Origin: Candidatus Kaiserbacteria bacterium
Lineage (GTDB): Bacteria > Patescibacteriota > Minisyncoccia > Phycocordibacterales > JABMNX01
NCBI GenBank assembly: GCA_016186705.1
Contig: JACPLB010000006.1
Location: 16,325-80,324 of the forward strand
Length of the DNA: 64,000 nt
Reading direction: 5' to 3'
Shown piece after piece: positions 9,880-18,248 of the stretch. The notes under the pieces were generated by a model. It saw only the letters and a list, made by a program, of their open reading frames with translations. It did not search any database and had not been told where the DNA came from. The position numbers and the translations under genes were made by a program. Every line of letters starts with the position of its first letter. Within the stretch, counting starts at the first letter, position 1.

Positions 9880-9897
9880 CCACTCAGCCACCTCTCC
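9880..9897. repeat. direct repeat of the tRNA-Ser 5' end (partial tRNA duplication)
   Basis: ccactcagccacctctcc at 9880-9897 is identical to 9762-9779 (the 5' 18 nt of tRNA-Ser). The ~100 nt between them contains the perfect palindromes ttgctagcataatgctagcaa and gagtaaacag...ctgtttactc. Confidence 0.5.
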
Positions 9898-9979
9898 CTA
9901 TCCACGATAGAGCCATAGTAGCAGAGGCAACTCCAAATGCAAAAATACAGGAGTAATTAATGTATGGTACGCTTTTTGT

Positions 9980-10369
9980 ATGAGAATTCTTGGCATTGAT
10001 TATGGAACAAAAAGAATCGGCATTGCGCTCTCCGACGACACGCTCTCTTTCGCGTTTCCGAAAACGGTTTTTAAAAATAAGAAAGATATTATATCCGGTA
10101 TCAAGAAAATAGTAGAGGAGAACGACGTCAGTGAAATCGTTATCGGGCAATCGCTCAACCTCAAAGGGGGAAACAATCCGCTTATGGAGAACATACGAAC
10201 ATTTTCCGATGCTCTCGGGAAAGAGATTGGCATTCCGATACATTTTGAACCGGAATACTTTACGTCAGTTGAGGCGCGCAAAAGTAATCCAAAGGAAGGT
10301 ATGATTGATGCTTCCGCGGCGGCGCTTATTCTCCAGCGTTTTCTTGATAAGAGAAAAGAGAGAGGATAG
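9980..10369 (+). CDS. ruvX: Holliday junction resolvase-like protein RuvX/YqgF
   Basis: MRILGIDYGTKRIGIALSD... N-terminus and size (129 aa) match the YqgF/RuvX family. Confidence 0.9.
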   Translation: MRILGIDYGTKRIGIALSDDTLSFAFPKTVFKNKKDIISGIKKIVEENDVSEIVIGQSLNLKGGNNPLMENIRTFSDALGKEIGIPIHFEPEYFTSVEARKSNPKEGMIDASAAALILQRFLDKRKERG

Positions 10370-10381
10370 AGTATATACACC

Positions 10382-10999
10382 GTGTTCTATAACAATCTCT
10401 TGTATCAGCGGATACTCACGTGGCAATCCCGTAGCACGGAATGGTTTAAGGCGCGTGCTCACGGCGCGTACGCCAAAGCATGGCTCTTCTTTCTTTCATT
10501 TACCGAGTCGTCATTTCTCTTTATCCCGCCGGATATTCTCCTTGTTGCCATACTTCTAGTAAGTTCCCGACAGTGGTTTTACTATGCCGCACTGACGACC
10601 GTCGCCTCTCTTCTCGGCGCGGTATTCGGATACGCGGTAGCGGTCTTTTTTTATGACACCGTAGGCGTGCAAATCGTGAATTTCTACCACCTCTCCGCTC
10701 ACATGGAATCCGCACGTCTCCTTTTTAACAGAAACGCGTTTTGGGCCGTGTTTACTGCGGCCTTCACGCCGATTCCGTACAAGGTGGCCGTGCTCGCAGC
10801 CGGCTTCCTTAAAATCGATTTCTTCACATTTCTTCTCGCCTCGATTCTCGGCAGAGGTTTGAGGTATACGGTTGTCGCGTACGCGGTGCGCCTCTTCGGG
10901 AAGGAAGCGACAACGTTTCTCTCCCGTTACTCGGTCGGCGTTACTGTTGCGGTGCTTGTCGTCATCGCGGTATTTTTCGTGAGAAACATTCTTTTCTGA
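10382..10999 (+). CDS. DedA/YqaA family membrane protein
   Basis: Multi-TM 205-aa protein. Conserved F.PPDILLVA... and G..LRY segments match the SNARE-associated/DedA-YqaA fold. Confidence 0.75.
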   Translation: MFYNNLLYQRILTWQSRSTEWFKARAHGAYAKAWLFFLSFTESSFLFIPPDILLVAILLVSSRQWFYYAALTTVASLLGAVFGYAVAVFFYDTVGVQIVNFYHLSAHMESARLLFNRNAFWAVFTAAFTPIPYKVAVLAAGFLKIDFFTFLLASILGRGLRYTVVAYAVRLFGKEATTFLSRYSVGVTVAVLVVIAVFFVRNILF

Positions 11000-11068
11000 A
11001 AAAAAGTGCCGCCTGTTTTTTCTTGCGTGCGGAAGAAGGTATACTAAAAGGGTATTCATACACGCATT

Positions 11069-12157
11069 ATGAGCCAGCACGTTCAGTTACCAGCACAAGG
11101 TGGTTTTTTAAGGTTCTTTCCGACTCCATCCTTTCTGAATTTTTCCGCGACTGGCGTTGATATTTCAGAGACATCAGTCAAGGTACTCAAGCTCAAAGAA
11201 ACGCGGGACGGAACCATTCCGGAGTTTTTTGAGGAGAAACGAATCGCGTTTGACATCATTTCGCAGGGAGACATTAGGGATGTTCATGCTCTCGCGGCGG
11301 TACTTACCGAGCTTAAAAAGAAATATGACATGGCGTTTATCCGCGCCTCCCTGCCTGAAGAAAAAGTATACTTGTTTCAGATGAGCATTCCGTACGCCGA
11401 AAACAAAGAGCAACTGCTCCATAGCATTGAATTCCAGCTTGAAGAGCACGTACCGATCCCTCCGGAAGATTCGGTGTTTGACTACGATATCATTCGCAAA
11501 CGTGAGGCGGATATTGAGGTGAGCGTTACCGTTTTCCCCAAGAAAGTCGTAGAAAGTTACCAGGAAGCGTTCCGTCTCGCTGGACTCACCCCTATTTCGT
11601 TTGAGCTTGAGGGTCAGGCGATTGCAAATGCGGTCATTGCCAGAGGGGATGAGAAGTCATACATGATAGTGGACTTTGGCAGGTCGCGAACCGGCATCGT
11701 CATTGTCAAAAACGGCATTGCGAGCTTCACCTCGACGGTAGATATCGGCGGCAATGCGCTCACCGAAGTTATTATGGAACATTTTCATGTCGACGAGGCG
11801 GAAGCGCAGAGAATGAAAAATAAGAAGGGGGTTATTCACAGCGAGGACAATAAAGAACTTCACGATTCTCTCTTAAAGACCATTTCTGCGTTGAGGGACG
11901 AAGTGAATCGGCACTTCCTCTACTGGAATACCAGCGATGCAAATCGGAAAGAAGAGGATAAAATAAGCAAGATTATTCTCTGCGGAGGGAATGCATCGCT
12001 CGCGGGGCTTCCCGAGTTTCTCTCGCTCGGTATTAAGGTCCCGGTTGAAAGGGCGGATGTCTGGCAGAACGCGTTTTCGTACGAAAATTACATACCGCCG
12101 CTTAATTATGAGGAAGGCCTTTCGTACGCAACTACCATTGGTCTTGCGTTAATGTAG
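11069..12157 (+). CDS. pilM: type IV pilus assembly ATPase-like protein PilM
   Basis: Actin-like ATPase-fold protein (GVDISETSVKVLKL... N-terminus, 362 aa) followed by pilN/pilO-like genes. Confidence 0.85.
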   Translation: MSQHVQLPAQGGFLRFFPTPSFLNFSATGVDISETSVKVLKLKETRDGTIPEFFEEKRIAFDIISQGDIRDVHALAAVLTELKKKYDMAFIRASLPEEKVYLFQMSIPYAENKEQLLHSIEFQLEEHVPIPPEDSVFDYDIIRKREADIEVSVTVFPKKVVESYQEAFRLAGLTPISFELEGQAIANAVIARGDEKSYMIVDFGRSRTGIVIVKNGIASFTSTVDIGGNALTEVIMEHFHVDEAEAQRMKNKKGVIHSEDNKELHDSLLKTISALRDEVNRHFLYWNTSDANRKEEDKISKIILCGGNASLAGLPEFLSLGIKVPVERADVWQNAFSYENYIPPLNYEEGLSYATTIGLALM

Positions 12158-12161
12158 CTTT

Positions 12162-12701
12162 ATGTCAAACGTATTGCCCCCACATGACAAAAAGTATTTG
12201 AAACGGGAGTACACGCTCCGTCTTTTTACGGTCTTTTTTCTGTTTCTCCTTTCTACGGGACTCTTTGCGACCATACTTCTTCTGCCGTCGTATTTCATAT
12301 CACAATCAAAAGAAGCTTCTATTGAGCGACAGTCGCAACTGCTTCAAAGGGCAATCACATTTCGGGAAAGCGACCGTTCAACCGCGTCTCTTGTAACGAC
12401 AAAGCAAAAATTGAATGAGCTTGCCGCGCTCCGCATGCAAACGCCCCACACGGATGTCATCAGTGCGGTTGTCCGAAGCACCGATTCCACAATTACCGTT
12501 GACGCCTTTTATTACACGAAGAAATCCGTTGATAATGCAGAACTTAAAATTACCGGACGCGCGCTGTCGCGCACAGCACTCCTGTCTTTTTCAGACCGGC
12601 TGAAGAGAGAACGTGTGTTTGAACGTGTTGACCTGCCTGTTTCAAGTCTCGCGCGTGACGCGAACATTGTCTTTTCAATTACGCTTGAAGGAGATTTCTA
12701 A
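12162..12701 (+). CDS. pilN: type IV pilus assembly protein PilN-like
   Basis: Short cytoplasmic N-terminus, single TM (LFTVFFLFLLSTGLFATILLL), periplasmic coiled region. Position after pilM. Confidence 0.6.
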   Translation: MSNVLPPHDKKYLKREYTLRLFTVFFLFLLSTGLFATILLLPSYFISQSKEASIERQSQLLQRAITFRESDRSTASLVTTKQKLNELAALRMQTPHTDVISAVVRSTDSTITVDAFYYTKKSVDNAELKITGRALSRTALLSFSDRLKRERVFERVDLPVSSLARDANIVFSITLEGDF

Positions 12702-12710
12702 ACGTTTTCT

Positions 12711-13241
12711 ATGGAAGCATCAAAAACAAAAATACTCGCTATGTTTGCCGCCCTCGGCGCGCTTGTCGCGCTCGGCATCTACACCCTCTTATTCTTTGAG
12801 GTGAAGAAAACGAACGAAGCGGTTTCGACACTGCAAAATCAACTTGACATTGAGGTGCGGCAGGACCAGCGCCTACGCTCAATGAAGGAGCTTCTCGCCG
12901 ACCTTGACGAAGAATTAAAAAAGATTGACACGTACTTTATCGCGTCCGATGGAGTTGTTAATTTTCTTGAAGAGCTTGAATCGTTCGGACGTATTTCAAG
13001 CGCATCCGTTGAGGTAAATTCCGTCAGTGTTGAAGATGGAGAAGGCACCGCGTCACTTCCGTACAACCGGCTTCGTATCGAGTTTGTCTCGGAAGGAAGC
13101 TGGAGTGCCCTCATGCGTCTTATCTCGCTTCTCGAGACGTTTCCTGCAGGGATTACCATGCATCGTTCCCAACTTGAACGCCTTCCGAACTCCGTGTTGT
13201 GGCAAGGGCACATCAGCTTTACCGTATTAACACTTAAATAA
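12711..13241 (+). CDS. pilO: type IV pilus assembly protein PilO-like
   Basis: N-terminal TM plus coiled-coil, then C-terminal domain. Gene order pilM-pilN-pilO. Confidence 0.55.
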   Translation: MEASKTKILAMFAALGALVALGIYTLLFFEVKKTNEAVSTLQNQLDIEVRQDQRLRSMKELLADLDEELKKIDTYFIASDGVVNFLEELESFGRISSASVEVNSVSVEDGEGTASLPYNRLRIEFVSEGSWSALMRLISLLETFPAGITMHRSQLERLPNSVLWQGHISFTVLTLK

Positions 13242-13242
13242 T

Positions 13243-13575
13243 ATGGACCGCAACGCTATCAAAGAATTTGTCTCGCATTCACTCCCGTTCTTCAGTACCG
13301 GAAAAGGCTCTGGGCGCTTAAACGCGCACTTTCATTGGAAGCTTCTGTTCGGCGGCTTCCTTACGCTCAACATACTCATTCTTCTTTTGAGTCTCTACCT
13401 TTTCCTCCAAATTAACGAGGGGGACATTTTTCTCGTCGAGCAAAATCAGGAAATTCGAATCGAAACAATTGATAGAAACATGCTTAACGAAACCATTGCG
13501 TTTTTCGAAAGTAAAAATACGCGCTTTGAGTCGAACAAACTTTTACCTTTAGAAATTCCCGATCCGTCCCGATAA
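13243..13575 (+). CDS. small membrane protein downstream of pilO (PilP-like accessory?)
   Basis: 110 aa with a single TM (LLFGGFLTLNILILLLSLYLFL). Position only; no family motif. Confidence 0.3.
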   Translation: MDRNAIKEFVSHSLPFFSTGKGSGRLNAHFHWKLLFGGFLTLNILILLLSLYLFLQINEGDIFLVEQNQEIRIETIDRNMLNETIAFFESKNTRFESNKLLPLEIPDPSR

Positions 13576-13636
13576 TTGTTTTACGTCGCATTTTCTCGTA
13601 TATTTCTCGTATAGTGATGGAGTTTTAGGTTCGCAT

Positions 13637-13711
13637 GTCCCCATAGCTCAATGGATAGAGCAACGGTCTTCTAAGCCGTCGATCCGGGTTCGACTCCTGG
13701 TGGGGACACCA
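13637..13711 (+). tRNA. tRNA-Arg (anticodon TCT), CCA encoded
   Basis: GTCCCCA acceptor stem, D-arm GCTC/GAGC, anticodon stem ACGGT/GCCGT with loop CTTCTAA (TCT), T-arm CCGGGTTCGACTCCTGG, 3' TGGGGACACCA. Confidence 0.85.
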
Positions 13712-13770
13712 AAATATTCAGAACATTTTTATTGAAATTCCGCCAATCTTCTATATACTCCAGTCTATAT

Positions 13771-13843
13771 GGGCGCTTAGCTCAGTTGGTAGAGCAATTC
13801 GTTTACACCGAAAAGGTCGGGGGTTCAAGTCCCTCAGCGCCCA
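13771..13843 (+). tRNA. tRNA-Val (anticodon TAC)
   Basis: GGGCGCT acceptor stem, D-arm AGCTCAGTTGGTAGAGC, anticodon stem with loop TTTACAC (TAC), T-arm GGGGGTTCAAGTCCCTC, 3' AGCGCCCA. CCA not encoded. Confidence 0.85.
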
Positions 13844-13850
13844 CACCAGT

Positions 13851-13883
13851 AAATGAAAACATCCTCAATGGATGTTTTCATTT
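13851..13883 (+). terminator. rho-independent terminator after tRNA-Val
   Basis: Perfect hairpin aaatgaaaacatcc-tcaatg-ggatgttttcattt with a U-tract. Confidence 0.6.
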
Positions 13884-14028
13884 GCCTGGCTTTATTGAAT
13901 CCGTTGAGGGACTTGAAAGACGAACCCCTCATATGCATGGCATGTGAGGGGGAGTCCGGGCAGGAACTTCTTATGAGTTCGCCTCCGCCAGTTGGCGGAT
14001 TGCGGACGAATTAGAAAGTTGACGCCAT
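13884..14028. repeat. ~145-nt inserted element A bounded by tRNA-Val 3'-end direct repeats; shares a core with element B (16501-16595)
   Basis: Contains gagtccgggcagga...ag(t/c)tgacgcca, which recurs downstream of tRNA-Leu. Internal hairpins ccctcata-tgcatggca-tgtgaggg and ccgcca-gtt-ggcgg. Confidence 0.4.
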
Positions 14029-14045
14029 GTCCCTCAGCGCCCACA
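14029..14045. repeat. 17-nt direct repeat of the tRNA-Val 3' end (att-like)
   Basis: gtccctcagcgcccaca at 14029-14045 is identical to 13829-13845 inside tRNA-Val, exactly 200 nt upstream. Confidence 0.6.
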
Positions 14046-14058
14046 TCAAAATCGCGCA

Positions 14059-14340
14059 ATGTCTTTAAAACACGAAATTTACTGCAAGGTGTACGGCAAA
14101 GTGCAAATGGTCATGTTCCGTGACTTTATCCGCCGCCACGCACGTCCACTTGGGCTCAAGGGGACAGTCGAGAATCTCGACGACGGGTCGGTTGAAGTCA
14201 TTGCACAAGGCACGGAGGAGAAATTAAAGACACTTATTGAAAAACTTCATAAGGGACCGTTCCTTGCCCGCGTTATCCGTGTTGATGTTACATGGAGAGA
14301 ACCACAGGAAGACTTTCAAGGTTTTACTATTGTATACTGA
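14059..14340 (+). CDS. acyP: acylphosphatase
   Basis: 93 aa. YGKVQMVMFRDFIRRHARPLGLKGTVENLDDGSVEV matches the acylphosphatase signature V.G.VQGV.FR. Confidence 0.8.
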   Translation: MSLKHEIYCKVYGKVQMVMFRDFIRRHARPLGLKGTVENLDDGSVEVIAQGTEEKLKTLIEKLHKGPFLARVIRVDVTWREPQEDFQGFTIVY

Positions 14341-14346
14341 ACGCTT

Positions 14347-15036
14347 ATGCTTGATAAAACAAAAATACCGATGTGCATCGGCGTCATCATAGACGGCAAT
14401 CGCCGGTGGGCAAAAGAAAAAGGATTGCCGTCTTTTGAAGGACATCGGCGCGGATACGGGAAAGTTAAGGAATGCGCCGGCTGGGCAAAAGAGGTGGGAG
14501 TAAAAAACCTTATCATGTATACGCTTTCGACCGAAAATTGGAATCGTTCGAAAGAAGAAGTCTCCTACCTTCTGGATTTGTTCCGGACCGTTCTCAAGGA
14601 GGAACTCGACGAACTCGTGAAAGGCAACACCCGCGTTATTTTTGCGGGGGAACTCTCTCGCTTTCCGAAAGACCTGCAAAAGATGATGCGGGAGTCGGAG
14701 GAAAAGACGAAAAGCCGCACGGAACAGACACTTGTCATTGCCGCATCGTACGGCGGGCGTGCGGAAATCGTTCATGCGGCAAACGCACTCTTGAAAAAAG
14801 GGAAGTCGTCGGTAAGCGAAAAAGATTTTTCACAGTATCTCTGGACTGCCGGCGTGCCCGACCCGGACTTGATTATCCGCACGGGCGGGGAACAGCGTCT
14901 CTCTAATTTTCTGCCGTGGCAGAGCATTTACAGTGAGCTCTTTTTCTCGCCGACCTACTGGCCTGATTTTTCAAAAGAAGAATTCTTCAAAATTCTTGAA
15001 GATTATCAAAAACGCTCTCGGAGAATGGGCGTATAA
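14347..15036 (+). CDS. uppS: undecaprenyl-diphosphate synthase (isoprenyl transferase)
   Basis: HIGVIIDGNRRWAKEKG..., FSTENW.R...EV and RTGGEQRLSNFLPWQ motifs characteristic of cis-prenyltransferases. Confidence 0.9.
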   Translation: MLDKTKIPMCIGVIIDGNRRWAKEKGLPSFEGHRRGYGKVKECAGWAKEVGVKNLIMYTLSTENWNRSKEEVSYLLDLFRTVLKEELDELVKGNTRVIFAGELSRFPKDLQKMMRESEEKTKSRTEQTLVIAASYGGRAEIVHAANALLKKGKSSVSEKDFSQYLWTAGVPDPDLIIRTGGEQRLSNFLPWQSIYSELFFSPTYWPDFSKEEFFKILEDYQKRSRRMGV

Positions 15037-15040
15037 TGCA

Positions 15041-15772
15041 ATGAATATCCCAATTATCTACGAGGATGATTCGGTACTCGTGATTGATAAACCGGCGGGA
15101 CTTGTTGTCCACCCCGCCTTTGGCGGGGTGGGTCCCGACGGAAAGACGAAAGAAGAAACTCTCACGGATTGGATACGTACACGATATCCGGACATGCGCG
15201 CTGTGGGCGAGCCGCTCCAGCTCTCCTCGGGCGAGGCAATTGCGCGTCCCGGCATTGTGCATCGTATTGACCGTGAGACATCAGGAGTTTTGATTATCGC
15301 GAAAACTCAAGAGAGTTTTGCTTTTCTCAAGAAACAGTTTCAGAACCGCGAAGTTTTTAAAGAGTACAGGGCGTTCGTCTACGGGGTGATGAAAGACGAT
15401 TCAGGGATAGTAAACCGCCCAATCGGACGGAGCAGTAAAGATTTCCGTCTCCGCTCCGCCCAGCGCGGCGCACGCGGCACTCTGCGTGATGCGGTAACGG
15501 ACTACACAGTACTAAAAAGAGGTAAGTCGGCAACATACGTTGCCGTTATGCCGAAGACCGGCAGAACACACCAAATCCGCGCACACTTCAAAGCGGTGAA
15601 TCATCCGATTGTCTGCGACACGCTCTATGCGCCGAAACGAGTGTGCGAACTCGGTTTTACGCGTCTCGCGCTTCACGCCTCTCGACTTGAGCTTGAAATT
15701 CCGCACAAAGGAAAAACAACATTTGAAGCGCCGCTCCCTCCAGATTTCGAGCATGCACTGAAGCTCCTCTAA
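15041..15772 (+). CDS. RluA-family 23S rRNA pseudouridine synthase
   Basis: Track ORF trimmed to ATG at 15041 just after the uppS stop. [12 protein letters not shown]..., [15 protein letters not shown] catalytic-Asp motif, [10 protein letters not shown]. Confidence 0.85.
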   Translation: MNIPIIYEDDSVLVIDKPAGLVVHPAFGGVGPDGKTKEETLTDWIRTRYPDMRAVGEPLQLSSGEAIARPGIVHRIDRETSGVLIIAKTQESFAFLKKQFQNREVFKEYRAFVYGVMKDDSGIVNRPIGRSSKDFRLRSAQRGARGTLRDAVTDYTVLKRGKSATYVAVMPKTGRTHQIRAHFKAVNHPIVCDTLYAPKRVCELGFTRLALHASRLELEIPHKGKTTFEAPLPPDFEHALKLL

Positions 15773-15815
15773 GCGTTTGCGGGCAGACTTTCGCTGTGCT
15801 ACAGTACAAGGCGCT

Positions 15816-16361
15816 ATGAATCAGACAGCGGAAAAAACAAGCATAAAAATTTCTCCGGTTGATATGAAGAACCGCGCAAGCGTCGGCATTCACGCCGGCG
15901 ACACGGTTCGCGTATGGCAGAAAATTGAAGAAAAAGAGAAGATACGCCTCCAAGCGTTTGAAGGCTTGGTGCTTGCGCGAAAACACGGGGAGGAGCCGGG
16001 TGCGACGTTTACCGTTCGTCGAGTCTCTGACGGCGTCGGCGTCGAGAAGATTTTTCCGCTCTACTCACCGATGATTGACCGGATTGAAATCGTCCGCCGT
16101 TCAAAAGTGCGCCGCGCGAAACTCTATCATATTCGTGAAAAAGTCGCCCGCGAAATCAAGCATCAAATGCGAAAGATGAAAATAGTTGGTCTTACAACCG
16201 AAAGCGATATTTTCCAGAAAGCCGAAGCATCCGACAAAAAAGAAAAAGCGGAGACCGCATCTCAACAGATAAACACGGTTAACGGGGAAGAGAAGACGGC
16301 AGTCAACGCGCAGGAAGAAAAGCAAGCCCCTGTTGTCGAAGCGGAAGAAAAAAAGGAGTAA
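15816..16361 (+). CDS. rplS: 50S ribosomal protein L19 with Lys/Glu-rich C-terminal extension
   Basis: [31 protein letters not shown]...[21 protein letters not shown]...[10 protein letters not shown] is the L19 consensus. Start set at the internal ATG at 15816. Confidence 0.85.
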   Translation: MNQTAEKTSIKISPVDMKNRASVGIHAGDTVRVWQKIEEKEKIRLQAFEGLVLARKHGEEPGATFTVRRVSDGVGVEKIFPLYSPMIDRIEIVRRSKVRRAKLYHIREKVAREIKHQMRKMKIVGLTTESDIFQKAEASDKKEKAETASQQINTVNGEEKTAVNAQEEKQAPVVEAEEKKE

Positions 16362-16379
16362 TATACGGGGGTACATAAC

Positions 16380-16465
16380 GCCCAGATGGTGGAACTGGTA
16401 TACACACACGCTTGAGGGGCGTGACTCGTTAGAGTGTGCGGGTTCGAGTCCCGCTCTGGGCACCA
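16380..16465 (+). tRNA. tRNA-Leu (anticodon GAG), CCA encoded
   Basis: GCCCAGA acceptor stem, anticodon stem CACGC/GCGTG with loop TTGAGGG (GAG), long variable arm ACTCGTTAGAGTGT, T-arm GCGGGTTCGAGTCCCGC, 3' TCTGGGCACCA. Confidence 0.85.
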
Positions 16466-16471
16466 CATCTT

Positions 16472-16500
16472 AAAAAATGAGACCTGCGTCTCATTTTTTA
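16472..16500 (+). terminator. rho-independent terminator after tRNA-Leu
   Basis: aaaaaatgagacc-tgcg-tctcatttttta hairpin with flanking A/T runs. Confidence 0.6.
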
Positions 16501-16595
16501 AGATGTGGTGAGACGGAGCGATGTCGCTTTGCGACCGCGAGTCCGGGCAGGAGCCACTTAGCGAATGCAATGAGCTTAGCGAGCTGACGCCAAAT
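16501..16595. repeat. ~95-nt element B related to element A, flanked by duplicated terminator hairpins
   Basis: Core gcgagtccgggcaggagcc...gagctgacgccaaat is similar to 13951-14028. Bounded by two copies of aaaaaatgagacc(N4)tctcatttt (16472-16500 and 16596-16624). Confidence 0.4.
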
Positions 16596-16624
16596 AAAAA
16601 AATGAGACCCCGGTCTCATTTTAA
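16596..16624 (+). terminator. second copy of the terminator hairpin
   Basis: aaaaaaatgagaccccggtctcatttt. Near-identical to 16472-16500 except for the loop. Confidence 0.55.
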
Positions 16625-16644
16625 GCAAATGATATAATTGAAGG

Positions 16645-17202
16645 ATGTTATTCACCGGAAAAGGCGATACAGGGACGACGAAAGTATTCGACACTGCGTC
16701 CGGAAAACGGATTTCAAAAAATTCTCTCCTGTCGGAGGCGCTCGGGTCGCTTGACGAAGTGAATTCGTTTCTCGGTCTGTGCAAAGTTGAAAGCGGAAAA
16801 AATGCTTTCAATGTCAGCGGAAAATCTTGTGCCGATATTGTGCACGGAACCCAAGAAAATCTCTTTATTATTCAAGCGGAGCTTGCGGGCGCGGAGAAAA
16901 CCATTCCTGAAGAGAAACTTCGCGAAGCTGAAAGACTCATCAATGCAATTGAAAAAGAACTTCCGCCGATTGCAACTTTTTTTATTTCCGGTGGGGCGGA
17001 ACTTGCGGCGCGATTTGATGTCGCGCGTACGCTCGCGCGGCGAGCAGAGCGCCGCGTTGTCGGGGTCGTTGAAGCCGGAGAGCGGAGGATGGGAGAGTGG
17101 TCTCTCGCATACCTCAACCGGCTCTCGTCGCTTCTCTACGCTTTGGCTCGACTTTCAAATCGAAAATCTGATATAGTCGAGCAATCTCCGCGCTACGAAT
17201 AA
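16645..17202 (+). CDS. PduO-type ATP:cob(I)alamin adenosyltransferase family protein
   Basis: N-terminal FTGKGDTGTT...S..GKRISK...EALGSLDEVNSFLG matches the PduO/MMAB-type ATR signature. Confidence 0.75.
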   Translation: MLFTGKGDTGTTKVFDTASGKRISKNSLLSEALGSLDEVNSFLGLCKVESGKNAFNVSGKSCADIVHGTQENLFIIQAELAGAEKTIPEEKLREAERLINAIEKELPPIATFFISGGAELAARFDVARTLARRAERRVVGVVEAGERRMGEWSLAYLNRLSSLLYALARLSNRKSDIVEQSPRYE

Positions 17203-17243
17203 ATAACCCAATTCTCTGGGGCATTTATTTCGGCTTACAATAT

Positions 17244-17317
17244 GGCGACTGTGGTGTAACGGTTAACACTGGAGCTTGTGGAGCTCTCAATTCGGGTTCG
17301 ATTCCCGACAGTCGCCC
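17244..17317 (+). tRNA. tRNA-His (anticodon GTG) with G-1
   Basis: Extra 5' G before the GCGACTG acceptor stem, paired to discriminator C. Anticodon stem GGAGC/GCTCT with loop TTGTGGA (GTG). T-arm TCGGGTTCGATTCCCGA. Confidence 0.8.
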
Positions 17318-17476
17318 AAGAAAAACAACCCTTTACCAGAATGCCCTGAAAGGCATTGACAGATAATTCGCAGTATGCTAGAGTGTTCGGAATCAAATAA
17401 CTACTGAAGAAGAACTAAGTCGAGTTTACTCTTTAGGTTGTGTATTTGAGGTTTTATTCGATTTAGTTTCTAGGAA

Positions 17477-17677
17477 ATGCAAAAAGGAAAAATTGCACGT
17501 CTTATGGACAAGGGCTACGGCTTTATCCAGGTAGACGGCAGTGAAAAAGACCTTTTCTTTCACTCGAACGAACTTAAGAACGCAAGCTTTGACGACCTCA
17601 AAGAAGGCGACACACTTGAGTTTGAAGTTACCGAGGGACAGAAGGGTCCGCAGGCGGTGAATGTAAGCCGCGTGTAA
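17477..17677 (+). CDS. cspA: cold-shock protein (CspA family)
   Basis: 66 aa. GKIARLMDKGYGFIQVDG..DLFFH contains RNP1/RNP2 motifs. Confidence 0.85.
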   Translation: MQKGKIARLMDKGYGFIQVDGSEKDLFFHSNELKNASFDDLKEGDTLEFEVTEGQKGPQAVNVSRV

Positions 17678-17683
17678 CACACA

Positions 17684-17713
17684 AAAATCCCCGCTTCAGG
17701 CGGGGATTTTTGT
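17684..17713 (+). terminator. rho-independent terminator after csp
   Basis: aaaaatccccgc-ttca-ggcggggatttttg hairpin. Confidence 0.6.
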
Positions 17714-17731
17714 TATACTAAACGTACCGTT

Positions 17732-18244
17732 ATGGCAGACAAAAATTATTTTCAGGGAAACAGCGACCATCCGCGACATATTTCAGTCGGTGCAATCGTA
17801 CTCAATGACAAAAACGAAGTTTGTTGCCACCACTTTCTTGCGAAAGACCTCAAAGGGTACTGGGTAGACGAAAAACTTGACGATTTTTATCTCTTGATGC
17901 GGGAAACGATGCATCCGAACGAAACGCTTGAGCAAGCGCTCACGCGGGGACTTATGGAAGAATTTGGAATTACCGCGACAATGATTGACTATGTCGGCTC
18001 AATCCAGAGCCACTTTACGCACAAAGGAATCACGGTGGAGAAAACGACGCTCTATTTTCTTACGAAACTCGTCTCGCAAGACCTTTCACATAGAGACACT
18101 TCCGATATTGAGGGAACGACAAAGGTTGAATGGCAGACAATAGACTTTCTCATTCCTCGTATGAAACAACAGGCGAAAAAATACGGACGCACGGACGTTG
18201 ACGAATCGAGTATTCTCGAAAAAGCACAAACTTTTATAACCTGA
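17732..18244 (+). CDS. NUDIX-family hydrolase-like protein
   Basis: Partial Nudix box RETMHPNETLEQALTRGLMEEFGI (E..x7..RE..EE.G). Size 170 aa. Confidence 0.5.
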   Translation: MADKNYFQGNSDHPRHISVGAIVLNDKNEVCCHHFLAKDLKGYWVDEKLDDFYLLMRETMHPNETLEQALTRGLMEEFGITATMIDYVGSIQSHFTHKGITVEKTTLYFLTKLVSQDLSHRDTSDIEGTTKVEWQTIDFLIPRMKQQAKKYGRTDVDESSILEKAQTFIT

Positions 18245-18248
18245 CGCC

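Noticed and set aside
13732-13947. Track ORF of 71 aa overlapping tRNA-Val and its terminator
   Set aside because: It is the translation of a tRNA gene plus hairpin, with no independent coding evidence.
13951-13965. SRP (4.5S) RNA domain IV-like motif gagtccgggcagga in the tRNA-proximal elements
   Set aside because: It resembles GGUCCGGAAGGAAGCAGCC only loosely. The conserved GNRA/AAGGAAGCAGC part and the flanking helices are absent.
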